64,000 nt of DNA from Eledone cirrhosa (lineage: Eukaryota). The translations under genes were made by a program, and so were the position numbers. The stretch's first letter is position 1. Every line of letters begins with the position of its first letter. Below are positions 1 to 13,500 of the stretch, one piece after another. The notes under the pieces are model-generated. The model searched no databases and was not told the DNA's origin. It was given only the letters and a program-made list of their open reading frames with translations. The stretch covers positions 18,972,001 through 19,036,000 of the forward strand of contig OZ024759.1 in assembly GCA_964016885.1 (NCBI GenBank). Reading direction: 5' to 3'.

Positions 1-177
1 ACAGCTGAGCTCAAGCCGTTTCGACGGCTAATTTGCGTCCAGAATTAGCCGTCGAAACGGCTTGAGCTCAGCTGTCGGGGTCTTACTGGTTCCTATTACC
101 CACTCTACTACCCCAAGTATTGAGTACTTTGGTGCGTTATGGTCCACCTGGTTCCTTACCACATTTCCTTCGTTATA
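1..177 (+). mobile_element. Penelope-like (PLE) terminal fragment, family A, with 5' fold-back and the 3' half of a hammerhead motif
   Basis: Arms 1-33 and 43-75 are perfect reverse complements. GAAA-CGGCTTGAGCTCAGCTG-TC-GGGG reads as HHR GAAA/stem III/GUC/stem I'. The tail ends in (TA)n. Related copies lie at 36.6, 39.3, 45.8 and 46.8 kb. Confidence 0.65.
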
Positions 178-457
178 TATATATATATTATATACGTAAG
201 AGGTCATACACATAAACACACGTATATAATGTATATATATATATATTATATACGTGTGTTCATGTGTATGACTTCATACCTACGAATATCTATTTATCGA
301 TATGCGTGTTGACGCACCTTAATCAGTGACAAAGGAAATCTTTATGGTTTATATTCATTTCATGCATTTCTATTTGAAAGAGGACACTCCTCCAACCAAC
401 AGCTTTGTAGTTAAAGTAATATTACACTTATGTAAATTCCTATTATTATTTCTTTGA

Positions 458-849
458 CGGTGAATTGGCAGTATCGGTAGAGGGTCGGACGCCATGCTTT
501 GACGCATAGAGTTACGGCCCTTGCCATTCTGAGTTCAAATCCCGCCGAGGTTAACTTTGCCTTTCATCCTTACGGGGTCGATAAAATAAAGTACCAGTAA
601 TACACTGAGGTAATTGTTGCCCTTCTACCAAAAGTAGAAACAATTATTTCTTTGACAAGGGCGGTGAATTGGCAGTATCGGTAGAGGGTCGGACGCCATG
701 CTTTCCAGCATAGTTACGTCCCTTTACGATCCGAGTTCAAATCCCGCCGAGGTTGACTTTGCCTTTCATCCTTACGGGGTCGATAAAATAAAGTACCAGT
801 AATGCACTGGGTAATTGCTGGCCTTGTGCCTAAAGTAGAAACAATTATT
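458..849 (+). mobile_element. Two tandem tRNA-derived SINEs with Nin-like central domain
   Basis: A-box TGGCAGTATCGG, B-box GAGTTCAAATCC, core CCGAGGTTGACTTTGCCTTTCATCCTTACGGGGTCGATAAAATAAAGTACCAGT. ATTATTTCTTT(G/A)AC is repeated before, between and after the copies. Confidence 0.9.
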
Positions 850-1042
850 TCTTTAACATTAATATATTAGATTGACAAACCACAAAATCATAATTATTTC
901 CAATAAACTCATACAGAATAGTTGGTGTGCGTTGTCTTTAAGTGATCAGACGATCTCTTAGAAATAAAAGCCATATTAAACTTCTATTTGAAAGTGATGT
1001 TACTCATCTAAATTCCTGTAGCTGCCACTTTAATAATAATAA

Positions 1043-1861
1043 TAATTGTTTCTACTTTTGGCACAAGGCCAGCAAATAACCCAGTACATTACTGGTACTT
1101 ATTTTATCCACCCCGCAAGGATAAAAGGCAAAGTTGACCTCGGCGGGATTTGAACTGAGAATGGAAAGGGCCGTAACTATGCGTCAAAGCATGGCGTCCG
1201 ACCCTCTACCGATACTGCCAATTCACACACAGATTTCAAGATGCTGAGCCTCACAATGATTGGTGGCACACAGTACTGAGAAGATCAATGCATGGAGGTT
1301 GGGATGTTCTAGTATAGGCACAAGGCCAGTAATTTGGGGGGAGGGGAAAGTCGATTAAATCGACCCCAGTGCGTGACTGGTACTTTATTTTATCGACCCG
1401 GTAAGGATGAAAGGCAAAGTTAACCTCGGCGGGATTTGAACTCAGAATGGCAAGGGCCGTAACTCTATGCGTCAAAGCATGGCGTCCGACCTTCTACCGA
1501 TACTGCCAATCCTGATTTATAATTGAAGCACATGGCCCACAATTTGTGGGGAGGGGAAGTCGACTACATCAACCTCAGTACATGAATTTTATTGACCACG
1601 AAATGATGAAAGGTAAAACTGACATCGGCAGAATTTGAACTCAGAATATAAAGAATCGAAATAAATACTGCTAGCCATTTTTTCCAAAGTTCTAATGACT
1701 GTCAAGCAAACACCTTCCTTTGGCAAATGATTCTCCTTACACTGGCACAAGGCCAACAATTTCTGTGGTGGCAAAGTCGATTATATCGCCCCTAGTACGT
1801 TACTGGTAGTTTAATTTATCGACCTCGCAAAGATAAAAGGCAAAGTTAACATCGGCGGGAT
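1043..1861 (-). mobile_element. Cluster of Nin-type SINE copies and fragments
   Basis: Reverse complements of the same SINE at about 1043-1225, 1306-1511, 1530-1700 (degenerate) and 1743-1861. Confidence 0.85.
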
Positions 1862-2006
1862 CTACCCTTGGCAAATAATAAAATCATAATTGCCGTATAT
1901 GCTCGAATATAACGTGACCCCAGTTATATGTCTGAGAAATGGGCAAATATCCAAACCCTGTTTATAAGCCGAGGCAGCTAATTAACATTATGTTTAGATA
2001 GCGATA

Positions 2007-2190
2007 GGGCGGTGGATTGGCAGTATCGGTAGAGGGTCGGACGCCATGCTTTCCAGCATAGTTACGTCCCTTTACCATCTGAGTTCAAATCCCGCCGAGG
2101 TTGACTTTGCCTTTCATCCTTACGGGGTCGATAAAATAAAGAACCAGTAATGCACTGGTAATTGCTGGCCTTGTGCCTAAAGTAGAAACA
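2007..2190 (+). mobile_element. Full-length Nin-type SINE with 18-bp target-site duplication
   Basis: ATTATGTTTAGATAGCGA occurs at 1987-2004 and 2191-2208; A and B boxes are present. Confidence 0.92.
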
Positions 2191-2484
2191 ATTATGTTTA
2201 GATAGCGAATATAAGCCAACCCCACATTTTACCATCGATTTTTGGTCCCATATTCTTCGACTTGTATTCCAATATATACCGTAGTTATAATAAATTCTCC
2301 CAGCAAAGGCTGTCTTTATGTGGTTCCTCGATCTACTAGAAACAACAGCCATGTTAATGTACTACTACTTCTTCAACAAAGTATATACAATATTCACAAT
2401 ATTTGAAATAAATATGGGATACTTCATGGCTTGGACCTATTTTATCACGTCCCTGGTTAATTAGGGCTGACCTAGGACTATAAA

Positions 2485-3075
2485 ACAACAGCAGCAATAA
2501 TAACAAGAGCAGCAGCAACAATAACATTATTAACAACACAATAACAAGGACAACAGTAGCAATAACAACAACAATAACGATAACAGTAGCAAAAATAACA
2601 ACAGCAGCAGCAATGACAACAACAGCAGCAGCAATGACAACAATAACAACAGCAACAACAATAATAACAATGACACAGCAGCAACAATGACAACAATAAC
2701 AATAACAACAGCAACAACAATAATAACAATGACACAGCAGCAACAATGACAACAATAACAATAACAACAGCAACAACAATAATAACAATGACACAGCAGC
2801 AACAATGACAACAATAACAACAGCAGCAACAATAACCTCAACAACAGCAGCAACAATGACAACAGCAACAACAATAACAACAGCAGCAACAATAACCTCA
2901 ACAGCAGCAACAATGACAACAGCAACAACAATAACAACAGCAGCAACAATAACAACAATAACAATGACAACAACAACAACAATGACAACAATAACAACAG
3001 CAGCAACAATAACCTCAACAGCAGCAACGACGACGACGACGACGACGACGACGACAACGACAACGACAACAACAA

Positions 3076-3106
<31 letters not shown>

Positions 3107-3150
3107 AACAACAACAACAGCAATGACAACATTATCGACAACCACAGACT
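2485..3150. repeat. Compound AAC/AGC/AAT/GAC trinucleotide low-complexity repeat
   Basis: Runs of ACA/GCA/ATA/ACG triplets give poly-Thr/Val/Leu ORFs in several frames. Confidence 0.9.
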
Positions 3151-3336
3151 AACGTGGAACTAGCAATAAAATCATTAAATGTTTATTGAACTATCTTTTG
3201 TTGGTGTTTAACGGACAAAATATTATGTGTTCGTATTTGCTCTTTATGTTTATATTTCTCTTTATGGAGGAAATACATTAAATGTGCGGCTGTGAGGAGG
3301 GAGAATCGTTTGAACGTCGGATAGAATTATTTGCGG

Positions 3337-4130
3337 TATTTGATCCGTCTGTTTGCGCTCTCTTTTGAGGTTTGGAAAAAGAAAAAAAATATATATGAGG
3401 CTCGGCTGAAAAGCTCATAGGCTGACTATGAAGTAGTGATGCTAGCGCAGTGAAATCTTTTATGCATTAATTTGAATTATTTTAATAACTGCATTTTTTT
3501 GTTTTGTTGTCTGTGTTTTTTTTTTTTTTTGTATTTATTTGATCCGTCTTTTTGCGCTCCCTTTTGAGGTGGGAAAAAGAAACAAAATATATATGAGGGT
3601 TTGCTGAAAAGCTCATAGGCTGACTATCAAGTAGTGATGCTAGCGCAGTGAAATCTTTTATGCATTAATTTGAATTATTTTAATAACTGCATTTTTTTGT
3701 TTTGTTGTCTGTGTTTTTGTTTTTTTTTTGTATTTATTTGATCCGTCTTTTTGCGCTCCCTTTTGAGGTCGGAAAAAGAAAAAAAATATATATATGAGGG
3801 TTTGCTGAAAAGCTCATAGGCTGACTACGAAGTAGTGATGCTAGAGCAGTGAAATCTTGCATGCATTAATTTCAACTATTATTAATAACTGCATTGATTT
3901 TTGTTTGTTTCTTTTGTTTTTTGTTGTTGTTTATTTGTTGTTGTTTTTTCCTTTTTGTTTGGGGGGGGGGGGTATTTATTTGTTCTGGCTATTGCGCTCT
4001 CTTTTAAAATATATATATGAGGGTCAGCTGAAAAGCTCATAGGCTGACTATGAAGTAGTGATGCTAGAGCGGTGAAATCTTGCATGCATTAATTTCAACT
4101 ATTTTTTTTTAATTTATAATAACTACATTG
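3337..4130 (+). repeat. About 200-bp composite tandem repeat (degenerate SINE piece plus 5' half of a mariner-type MITE), about 4 units
   Basis: TATTTGATCCGTCT...GCGCTC recurs near 3337, 3536 and 3735, with a diverged copy near 3977. Each is followed by GCTGAAAAGCTCATAGGCTGACTA...GTGAAATCTT. Confidence 0.8.
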
Positions 4131-4321
4131 TTTTTGTTCTTTTTAAAAAATTTTAGGGAGTATGTTTAAAAGTAGAGGATTGGATCAACGTAAATAAAGT
4201 GTTTTGCTCAAGGACGCAATGCAGGGACGGAAATTTATATTAAGACCTTACAATAATGAATCGAACAACCTAATCGTTATTTTTCGCGCCTTCACTTCCT
4301 AACATTATCCCGGCAATAACA

Positions 4322-4519
4322 CGAGGGTGGGTTGAGAAGTTCATAGGCTGACTATGAAGAAGTGATGCTAGTGCTGTGGAATCTTGCAGTCATCAATTTC
4401 AACTCTTCTTATTAATAACTGTATTGTCTCTTTCCAGGGACTATCTTTAAAAATAAACCTCATTTGGTCATTCCATGAGAGTACCTTGGTCACCTTATGA
4501 ACTTTTCAGCCGACCATCG
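4322..4519. mobile_element. Tc1/mariner-type MITE (about 200 bp)
   Basis: Imperfect TIRs CGAGGGTGGGTTGAGAAGTTCATAGG and CCTTATGAACTTTTCAGCCGACCATCG, followed by TA. Same family at 7.3-7.6 and 9.0-9.4 kb. Confidence 0.8.
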
Positions 4520-4954
4520 TAGCAGTCCAGTACTGCGATCGATTCCTCATCTATATCTCGTTTTCTATCTTTCTCTCCCGGGAAGAAATTGGTGTATTTT
4601 CGGCATTTAAACGTGGTAGGGCCTATCCCTCTCCAGGTCTGACCAGCTGATTTCTTCCCGAGAAGGACAGAGCGGCGAGACAAAGAGAGATGAGGAAGGG
4701 GGTGAAACAACGAAATCCAGTATGGACTGGTGCTTTATTTATCGATCCGGAGTAGATGACAGACGATGTTGACTTCGGCAAAATTTGAATTCAGAGAGAA
4801 CAGAGAGCTGGGGCCAATACCACAAGGTATCTATCCGACGTTTTGATTAACTCTGCCAATTCGCGGTCTTGTCTCTCTTCTACTATCACAATTACTGCGT
4901 TCCACCTCCTATTCTCGGGACTAAGCACGTTGCCTAACATTATATTTCCGGTCT

Positions 4955-5305
4955 GGTGGATTGGCAGTATCGGTAGAGGGTCGGACGCCATGCTTTCCTG
5001 CATAGTTACGTCCCTTTACGATCAGAGTTCAAATCCCGCCGAGGTTGACTTTGCCTTTCATCCTTACGGGGTCGATAAAATAAAGTACCAGTAATGCACT
5101 GGGTATTTGCTGGCCTTGTGCCTAAAGTAGAAACAAGTATCGGTAGAGGGTCGGACGCCATGCTTTCCAGCATAGTTACGTCCCTTTACGATCAGAGTTC
5201 AAATCCCGCTGAGGTTGACTTTGCCTTTCATCCTTACGGGGTCGATAAAATAAAGTACCAGTAATGCACTGGGTAATTGCTGGCCTTGTGCCTAACGTAG
5301 AAACA
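4955..5305 (+). mobile_element. Head-to-tail Nin-type SINE dimer inside one target duplication
   Basis: The second copy joins at GAAACA|AGTATCGG (about 5135). Flanks are ATTATATTTCCGGTCTGGTG (4939) and ATTATATTTCCAGCCTGGTG (5306). Confidence 0.88.
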
Positions 5306-5577
5306 ATTATATTTCCAGCCTGGTGTCCTCTAGAATTCCCACTTGGTTTACACCTCCAACCAAACAAAGGCCTTCAGATATTAAAGACCAGCATCAACCA
5401 CATCTACTACGCACAAGTGTGACAAAATTTAGTCTAAAGAAATCATGGTCACCGCATTTCTTGCCTCGAATATCTCATAAAAACTTTTAATGAAATATAT
5501 TTTTCACATTCTAGTTAAACATTAGAAACAGCTTCGAGTTTTATGCAAATAAATCACCATTTCAAACTACTAGCAAT

Positions 5578-6296
<719 letters not shown>

Positions 6297-6830
6297 TGGT
6301 GGCTGCCAACTCGTTTTCGAGTACGGCCACTACTTTATATCCATGTAGGAGAACCCCTACCGATGCGCTGAACGAGTGTGACTTTTGAGTCCAGCCAGCG
6401 ACTTGAAAACTCTGGTACAAACACTACACTTGTGACAATTATTGACACATAGTGCTGGGCCCATGGTACCATGTGACAAGTGCAGAGAGATCTCCAGATA
6501 TAAAGCAATGCCTGTGCCATGAAGCTTTTATAGTGAGCAAAGGCATTGCACAGAGCCAGTCCCACTCTCTTAACCAAGATGATATTTACCAAAAAGTAGA
6601 ACAAGTCAACATCATTGGATACCATCAGGGTTGCAGGTGTTATATCAGAGTTTTCCTTCTCCTAGAATTCTGCCTTGACAAAGGCTAAGGGGTCATCTCT
6701 CCCGGTGATTTTGGATGGCCATTGACTCTTAAGAGCTCCTTTGCCCTTTGACAGGTTTTGTTTTTAGTCCTGCAGGATGTCCAAAGTCACCCTCCTCACC
6801 AAGAAACCTTGGTGGGGTTGCCAGTTTATA
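6297..6830 (-). mobile_element. RTE-clade LINE remnant with C-terminal C2H2-like motif and (GTAT)n tail
   Basis: Minus strand about 6430-6357 translates as [24 protein letters not shown], like RTE ORF ends. A short 3' UTR runs into (TATG)n. A similar short tail remnant lies near 53510-53546. Confidence 0.7.
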
Positions 6831-7221
6831 CATACATACTACTGCAAATCAGAATATTTAAAATGGGAAATTCTATATTCGCCATATTCTTCAAGAATTG
6901 GATTCTTTATAATTTTCATTGTATATTTTCCATGGAGACCACTTATCCATACCTTATTCAAAATAATTGGAAATATTGAAATATCGCTTCACTTTGCTGA
7001 GTCTGCATTTTGTCTTTCCTTTGATCTTCAAAATTATTTGAAATTGGCGATCATTTGAAAAGCAGTCCCAGACATAGCCATATGATTAAATAGTTTATTT
7101 CGCAAACTCTTAGCTTTAGGTTTTAATACAACTGTGCGACACATTAAGCAAGTTTTTTTCTAATTCATTTATGAGTTGACCAATGATTTATAGTTGGAAT
7201 ATTGTTGGGGGTAATCGAACA

Positions 7222-7248
7222 GGATATCTTGGTCAGCCTATATATATA

Positions 7249-7303
<55 letters not shown>

Positions 7304-7359
7304 GAGGGACGGCTGCAAATTCTATAGGCTGACCAAGATACTCTCATTAGCCGTCCCTC

Positions 7360-7395
<36 letters not shown>

Positions 7396-7569
7396 GAGGG
7401 ACGGCTGCAAATTTCATAGGCTGACCAAGATACTCTCATTGAATGACCAAACGAGGTTCATTTTTTAGCATATTCCCTGAAAGAAACAATGCAGTTATTA
7501 ATGAGAAGGATTGAAATTAATCTATGCAAGATTTAACAGTAAGCCTTTGAACTTTTCAGGCTACCCTCG
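7222..7569. mobile_element. Rearranged mariner-type MITE cluster in (TA)n
   Basis: CGAGGGACGGCTGC... at 7303 and 7395. A mini-element at 7303-7360 is closed by AGCCGTCCCTCG. A full copy at 7395-7569 ends in GGCTACCCTCG-TA. Confidence 0.75.
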
Positions 7570-7862
7570 TATATGTGTGAGTGCGTGTAACCACAAACGT
7601 GTATAAGGTTTGTGGCATACATATATAAACAAACATACCAGCATGCATTTGTGTTATTTTAAATTGACTTTTAAATTTCAGGTCATAACGATTTTTCTTA
7701 ATTATTTTAGGTGTAATTTGTAACAATATGATCGTTTCATCTAATTTACATATGCACACACCCCGCTTTTGTCTCTTTGTCTTTCCTAAAGACCCAAAGA
7801 TTATCATGTTAACGATGAATACAAAATACAATATATATATATTTAAACAAAACACAGAAGGC

Positions 7863-7900
<38 letters not shown>

Positions 7901-8078
7901 TGGATTTTAGAACATATTGAAAAATATAAGAAACATAATTATGTAATAATGAGCATATAGAAATAATTATATATAAGAATGCATATGTACATATACATAC
8001 ATATTCAAAGTATAAATATACACGCATGCACATACATGCACGTGCACATACACACACCTGTATATACATATATATATG

Positions 8079-8173
<95 letters not shown>

Positions 8174-8734
8174 ATATATATGTGTGTGTATATATATATA
8201 TATATGAATCTTGTGGAAAGCAGGCAAATAATTATGTTTTGAAGAATTTATAAATTAATTATTAATGTTAAAATGTACGCTGTACCATAATCATCGATAT
8301 AAAACGTAGAATAGAATAACAAAGGGAGTAAACTAATTATTAGGTAGCAAAACACCCTAATTAAAATTTACAATTAATAAGAAAAAGAGCTAATAATTAA
8401 TATTTGATAATTGAAAACAGTTTATTGAAAACAGCGATGTTCTATTTTTATTTTTTAATTAGGGAGTTTATATTTTGGTGGATGTTGTTTATTTGGATAC
8501 GATAAATTTACTGAAGGCATTCCCGAATTTTCTAGACTTTCACAAACACATCTTCAGAATGTGGAAGGTTTTTGTCATGTGCGACTAGCTTATTTATTGT
8601 AGATGAAAGTGAATTCTGTAGAATTTATCTCGAGAATGTTTGTATTAGGTACCTAATATATGGTAGTAATTTGAATAGTGACTGAGTGTGATGTACTCAC
8701 CACCTAAAAAAATTAAATAAATATATTAAGTAAA

Positions 8735-8920
8735 TAATTGTTTCTACTTTTGGCGCAAGGCTAGCATTTACCCCAGTGTATTACTGGCACTTTATTTTAT
8801 CGACCACGTAAGGATGAAAGGCAAAGTTAACCACGGCGGGATTTGAACACAGATCATGAAGGGCCGTAACTCTATGCTGCAAAGCATGGCGTTCGACCTT
8901 CTGCCGATACTGCCAATCCA
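8735..8920 (-). mobile_element. Nin-type SINE
   Basis: Reverse complement of the SINE including A and B boxes. Confidence 0.88.
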
Positions 8921-9181
8921 ACGCTCTAACTTTTCAACCCATTCTCGTATATATTAAGTAAATAATATATACGAGAATGGGTTGAAAAGTTCATAGGCTG
9001 ACTATAAAGGAGTGATGCTAGAGCAATGAAATCTTGCTTGCATTAATTTCAAATCTTATTAATAACTGCATTGTTTCTTCCCAAGGTATTTCTAGCAAAT
9101 CAATAAACCACGTACCGGCTCCTTCATGTGTAGTCATAATTCACCAAGGTGGACTGGGCTATGTATGTATGTATGTATGCA

Positions 9182-9382
9182 CGAAGGTCGGCGGAAAACT
9201 TCATAGGCTGACTATGAAGGAGTAGTGCTAGAGCTGTGAAATCTTGCATGTATTATTTCAATTCTTCATGCTAATTAATAATTGCATTGTTTCTTTCCAG
9301 GAACTTTGTTGAAAAAATAAACCTCATTTAGTCATTCCATGAGAGTAACTTGATGAGCCTATGAACTTTTCAGCCGACCCTC
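9182..9382. mobile_element. Tc1/mariner-type MITE (partial copy at about 8972-9085)
   Basis: TIRs CGAAGGTCGGCGGAAAACTTCATAGGCT and AGCCTATGAACTTTTCAGCCGACCCTC. Confidence 0.8.
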
Positions 9383-10062
9383 ATATACATGTATATACCT
9401 GCGTGTGTATTTGCATGAATTTATGGCTGTCTGAACTTCTGAGTAGCCATTTTCCATGAATATTTAACTGGTATCTATCGCTAATATTTATCCATCTGAT
9501 AGTCATAATGTCTCCATTCTAGGATGAAATTACGTGATCCCTCTTTAAAATCGAAGAACTTCCGTATCGCGTATTGCTTGACCCCTTATCAAATTTCCCT
9601 TTGAAATATTAGGTATGACAGGGGTATAAGCAACAAGTCCGTAATGAGAACATAAGTTAAGGTGGTTCAGTATTTATGAATACTCGGGAGCTGATATACT
9701 ATACAGCCATTAGAAATAACAATAGATTTGTCGATCCAGTGACAATTGAGAAATGGTGAGTGAAATCAATCAATCTTCCAGGTGGTGATACTGTTTGTGT
9801 GGTATAATGTGCTCTAGGAGTTTCTGTTTGTTATAACTGCACTTCCCCGCACATCCACCCACACACATCTAGGATATATGATCAGTATGGGAATTTGGTT
9901 TATAGTTGATGACTGTAGATGGCCAGCAAAACAATTAGGGTGTAGTTACGCTCTGGTATTGTATAGGATTGTATAGGATTTACTATTATACCGGTAATTG
10001 TGGACTGAAACTTGAAGCGCTTTAAAAGAAAGTCTGCAAGAAATAACAGAACACACACACAC

Positions 10063-10097
<35 letters not shown>

Positions 10098-10099
10098 CC

Positions 10100-10133
<34 letters not shown>

Positions 10134-10144
10134 GTGTGCGCGTG

Positions 10145-10171
10145 TGTATGCATATACACTTACACACATAT

Positions 10172-10205
<34 letters not shown>

Positions 10206-10234
10206 ATATGTGTGTAAGTGTATATGCATACATG

Positions 10235-10288
<54 letters not shown>

Positions 10289-10317
10289 ATATGTGTGTAA
10301 GTGTATATGCATACATG

Positions 10318-10348
<31 letters not shown>

Positions 10349-10380
10349 GTTATATGTGTGTAAGTGTATATGCATACATG

Positions 10381-10437
<57 letters not shown>

Positions 10438-10500
10438 GTTATATGTGTGTAAGTGTATATGCATACATGTATATGTATATATATATATATATATACATAT
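10145..10500. repeat. Compound minisatellite GTTATATGTGTGTAAGTGTATATGCATACATGTATATG(TA)n x4 plus one inverted copy
   Basis: Four direct copies at about 10202-10480 and an inverted copy at about 10146-10175. Confidence 0.85.
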
Positions 10501-13500
10501 ATGAATATAGACATAGAATATTCGAAAATATTCTGTATGTTTATAATAAACATTTTGAAGACCTAATCGCTATAGAATAGAATACGTCACGTATTACAAT
10601 TAGATTCTCGATAAAAGCAAGGGAAGTAATCTACGCGTTTCATTCTTGTTAGAAATCATCAGGACTACATATCCAGTGCTTTTATCGAGAATGACACAGC
10701 TAGAGACTTATAGAATACTTAGCTGTGTACAGTAACTGGTTTGAAAGAGCGGTTGCCGGTCCGGCAGAAATTAGAAATTGGAATAAATGCTCTGAAATAG
10801 CGATATATATGTGAATATAGACATAGAATATTCGAAAATATTCTGTATGTTTATAATAAACATTTTGAAGACCTAATCGCTATAGAATAGAATACGTCAC
10901 GTATTACAATTAGATTCTCGATAAAAGCAAGGGAAGTAATCTACGCGTTTCATTCTTGTTAGAAATCATCAGGACTACATATCCAGTGCTTTTATCGAGA
11001 ATGACACAGCTAGAGACTTATAGAATACTTAGCTGTGTACAGTAACTGGTTTGAAAGAGCGGTTGCCGGTCCGGCAGAAATTAGAAATTGGAATAAATGC
11101 TCTGAAATAGCGATATATATGTGAATATAGACATAGAATATTCGAAAATATTCTGTATGTTTATAATAAACATTTTGAAGACCTAATCGCTATAGAATAG
11201 AATACGTCACGTATTACAATTAGATTCTCGATAAAAGCAAGGGAAGTAATCTACGCGTTTCATTCTTGTTAGAAATCATCAGGACTACATATCCAGTGCT
11301 TTTATCGAGAATGACACAGCTAGAGACTTATAGAATACTTAGCTGTGTACAGTAACTGGTTTGAAAGAGCGGTTGCCGGTCCGGCAGAGATTAGAAATTG
11401 GAATAAATGCTCTGAAATAGCGATATATATGTGAATATAGACATAGAATATTCGAAAATATTCTGTATGTTTATAATAAACATTTTGAAGACCTAATCGC
11501 TATAGAATAGAATACGTCACGTATTACAATTAGATTCTCGATAAAAGCAAGGGAAGTAATCTACGCGTTTCATTCTTGTTAGAAATCATCAGGACTACAT
11601 ATCCAGTGCTTTTATCGAGAATGACACAGCTAGAGACTTATAGAATACTTAGCTGTGTACAGTAACTGGTTTGAAAGAGCGGTTGCCGGTCCGGCAGAAA
11701 TTAGAAATTGGAATAAATGCTCTGAAATAGCGATATATATGTGAATATAGACATAGAATATTCGAAAATATTCTGTATGTTTATAATAAACATTTTGAAG
11801 ACCTAATCGCTATAGAATAGAATACGTCACGTATTACAATTAGATTCTCGATAAAAGCAAGGGAAGTAATCTACGCGTTTCATTCTTGTTAGAAATCATC
11901 AGGACTACATATCCAGTGCTTTTATCGAGAATGACACAGCTAGAGACTTATAGAATACTTAGCTGTGTACAGTAACTGGTTTGAAAGAGCGGTTGCCGGT
12001 CCGGCAGAAATTAGAAATTGGAATAAATGCTCTGAAATAGCGATATATATGTGAATATAGACATAGAATATTCGAAAATATTCTGTATGTTTATAATAAA
12101 CATTTTGAAGACCTAATCGCTATAGAATAGAATACGTCACGTATTACAATTAGATTCTCGATAAAAGCAAGGGAAGTAATCTACGCGTTTCATTCTTGTT
12201 AGAAATCATCAGGACTACATATCCAGTGCTTTTATCGAGAATGACACAGCTAGAGACTTATAGAATACTTAGCTGTGTACAGTAACTGGTTTGAAAGAGC
12301 GGTTGCCGGTCCGGCAGAAATTAGAAATTGGAATAAATGCTCTGAAATAGCGATATATATGTGAATATAGACATAGAATATTCGAAAATATTCTGTATGT
12401 TTATAATAAACATTTTGAAGACCTAATCGCTATAGAATAGAATACGTCACGTATTACAATTAGATTCTCGATAAAAGCAAGGGAAGTAATCTACGCGTTT
12501 CATTCTTGTTAGAAATCATCAGGACTACATATCCAGTGCTTTTATCGAGAATGACACAGCTAGAGACTTATAGAATACTTAGCTGTGTACAGTAACTGGT
12601 TTGAAAGAGCGGTTGCCGGTCCGGCAGAAATTAGAAATTGGAATAAATGCTCTGAAATAGCGATATATATGTGAATATAGACATAGAATATTCGAAAATA
12701 TTCTGTATGTTTATAATAAACATTTTGAAGACCTAATCGCTATAGAATAGAATACGTCACGTATTACAATTAGATTCTCGATAAAAGCAAGGGAAGTAAT
12801 CTACGCGTTTCATTCTTGTTAGAAATCATCAGGACTACATATCCAGTGCTTTTATCGAGAATGACACAGCTAGAGACTTATAGAATACTTAGCTGTGTAC
12901 AGTAACTGGTTTGAAAGAGCGGTTGCCGGTCCGGCAGAAATTAGAAATTGGAATAAATGCTCTGAAATAGCGATATATATGTGAATATAGACATAGAATA
13001 TTCGAAAATATTCTGTATGTTTATAATAAACATTTTGAAGACCTAATCGCTATAGAATAGAATACGTCACGTATTACAATTAGATTCTCGATAAAAGCAA
13101 GGGAAGTAATCTACGCGTTTCATTCTTGTTAGAAATCATCAGGACTACATATCCAGTGCTTTTATCGAGAATGACACAGCTAGAGACTTATAGAATACTT
13201 AGCTGTGTACAGTAACTGGTTTGAAAGAGCGGTTGCCGGTCCGGCAGAAATTAGAAATTGGAATAAATGCTCTGAAATAGCGATATATATGTGAATATAG
13301 ACATAGAATATTCGAAAATATTCTGTATGTTTATAATAAACATTTTGAAGACCTAATCGCTATAGAATAGAATACGTCACGTATTACAATTAGATTCTCG
13401 ATAAAAGCAAGGGAAGTAATCTACGCGTTTCATTCTTGTTAGAAATCATCAGGACTACATATCCAGTGCTTTTATCGAGAATGACACAGCTAGAGACTTA

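Noticed and set aside
458-560. tRNA gene
   Set aside because: The A and B boxes belong to SINE heads; spacing is too long and there is no cloverleaf.
2354-3152. Thr-rich mucin-like or Val/Leu-rich membrane-like ORFs
   Set aside because: This is a trinucleotide repeat open on both strands, with no unique coding context or splice evidence.
9420-9900. Possible Gypsy or other retroelement remnant
   Set aside because: Only a vague peptide resemblance on the minus strand; no diagnostic motif.
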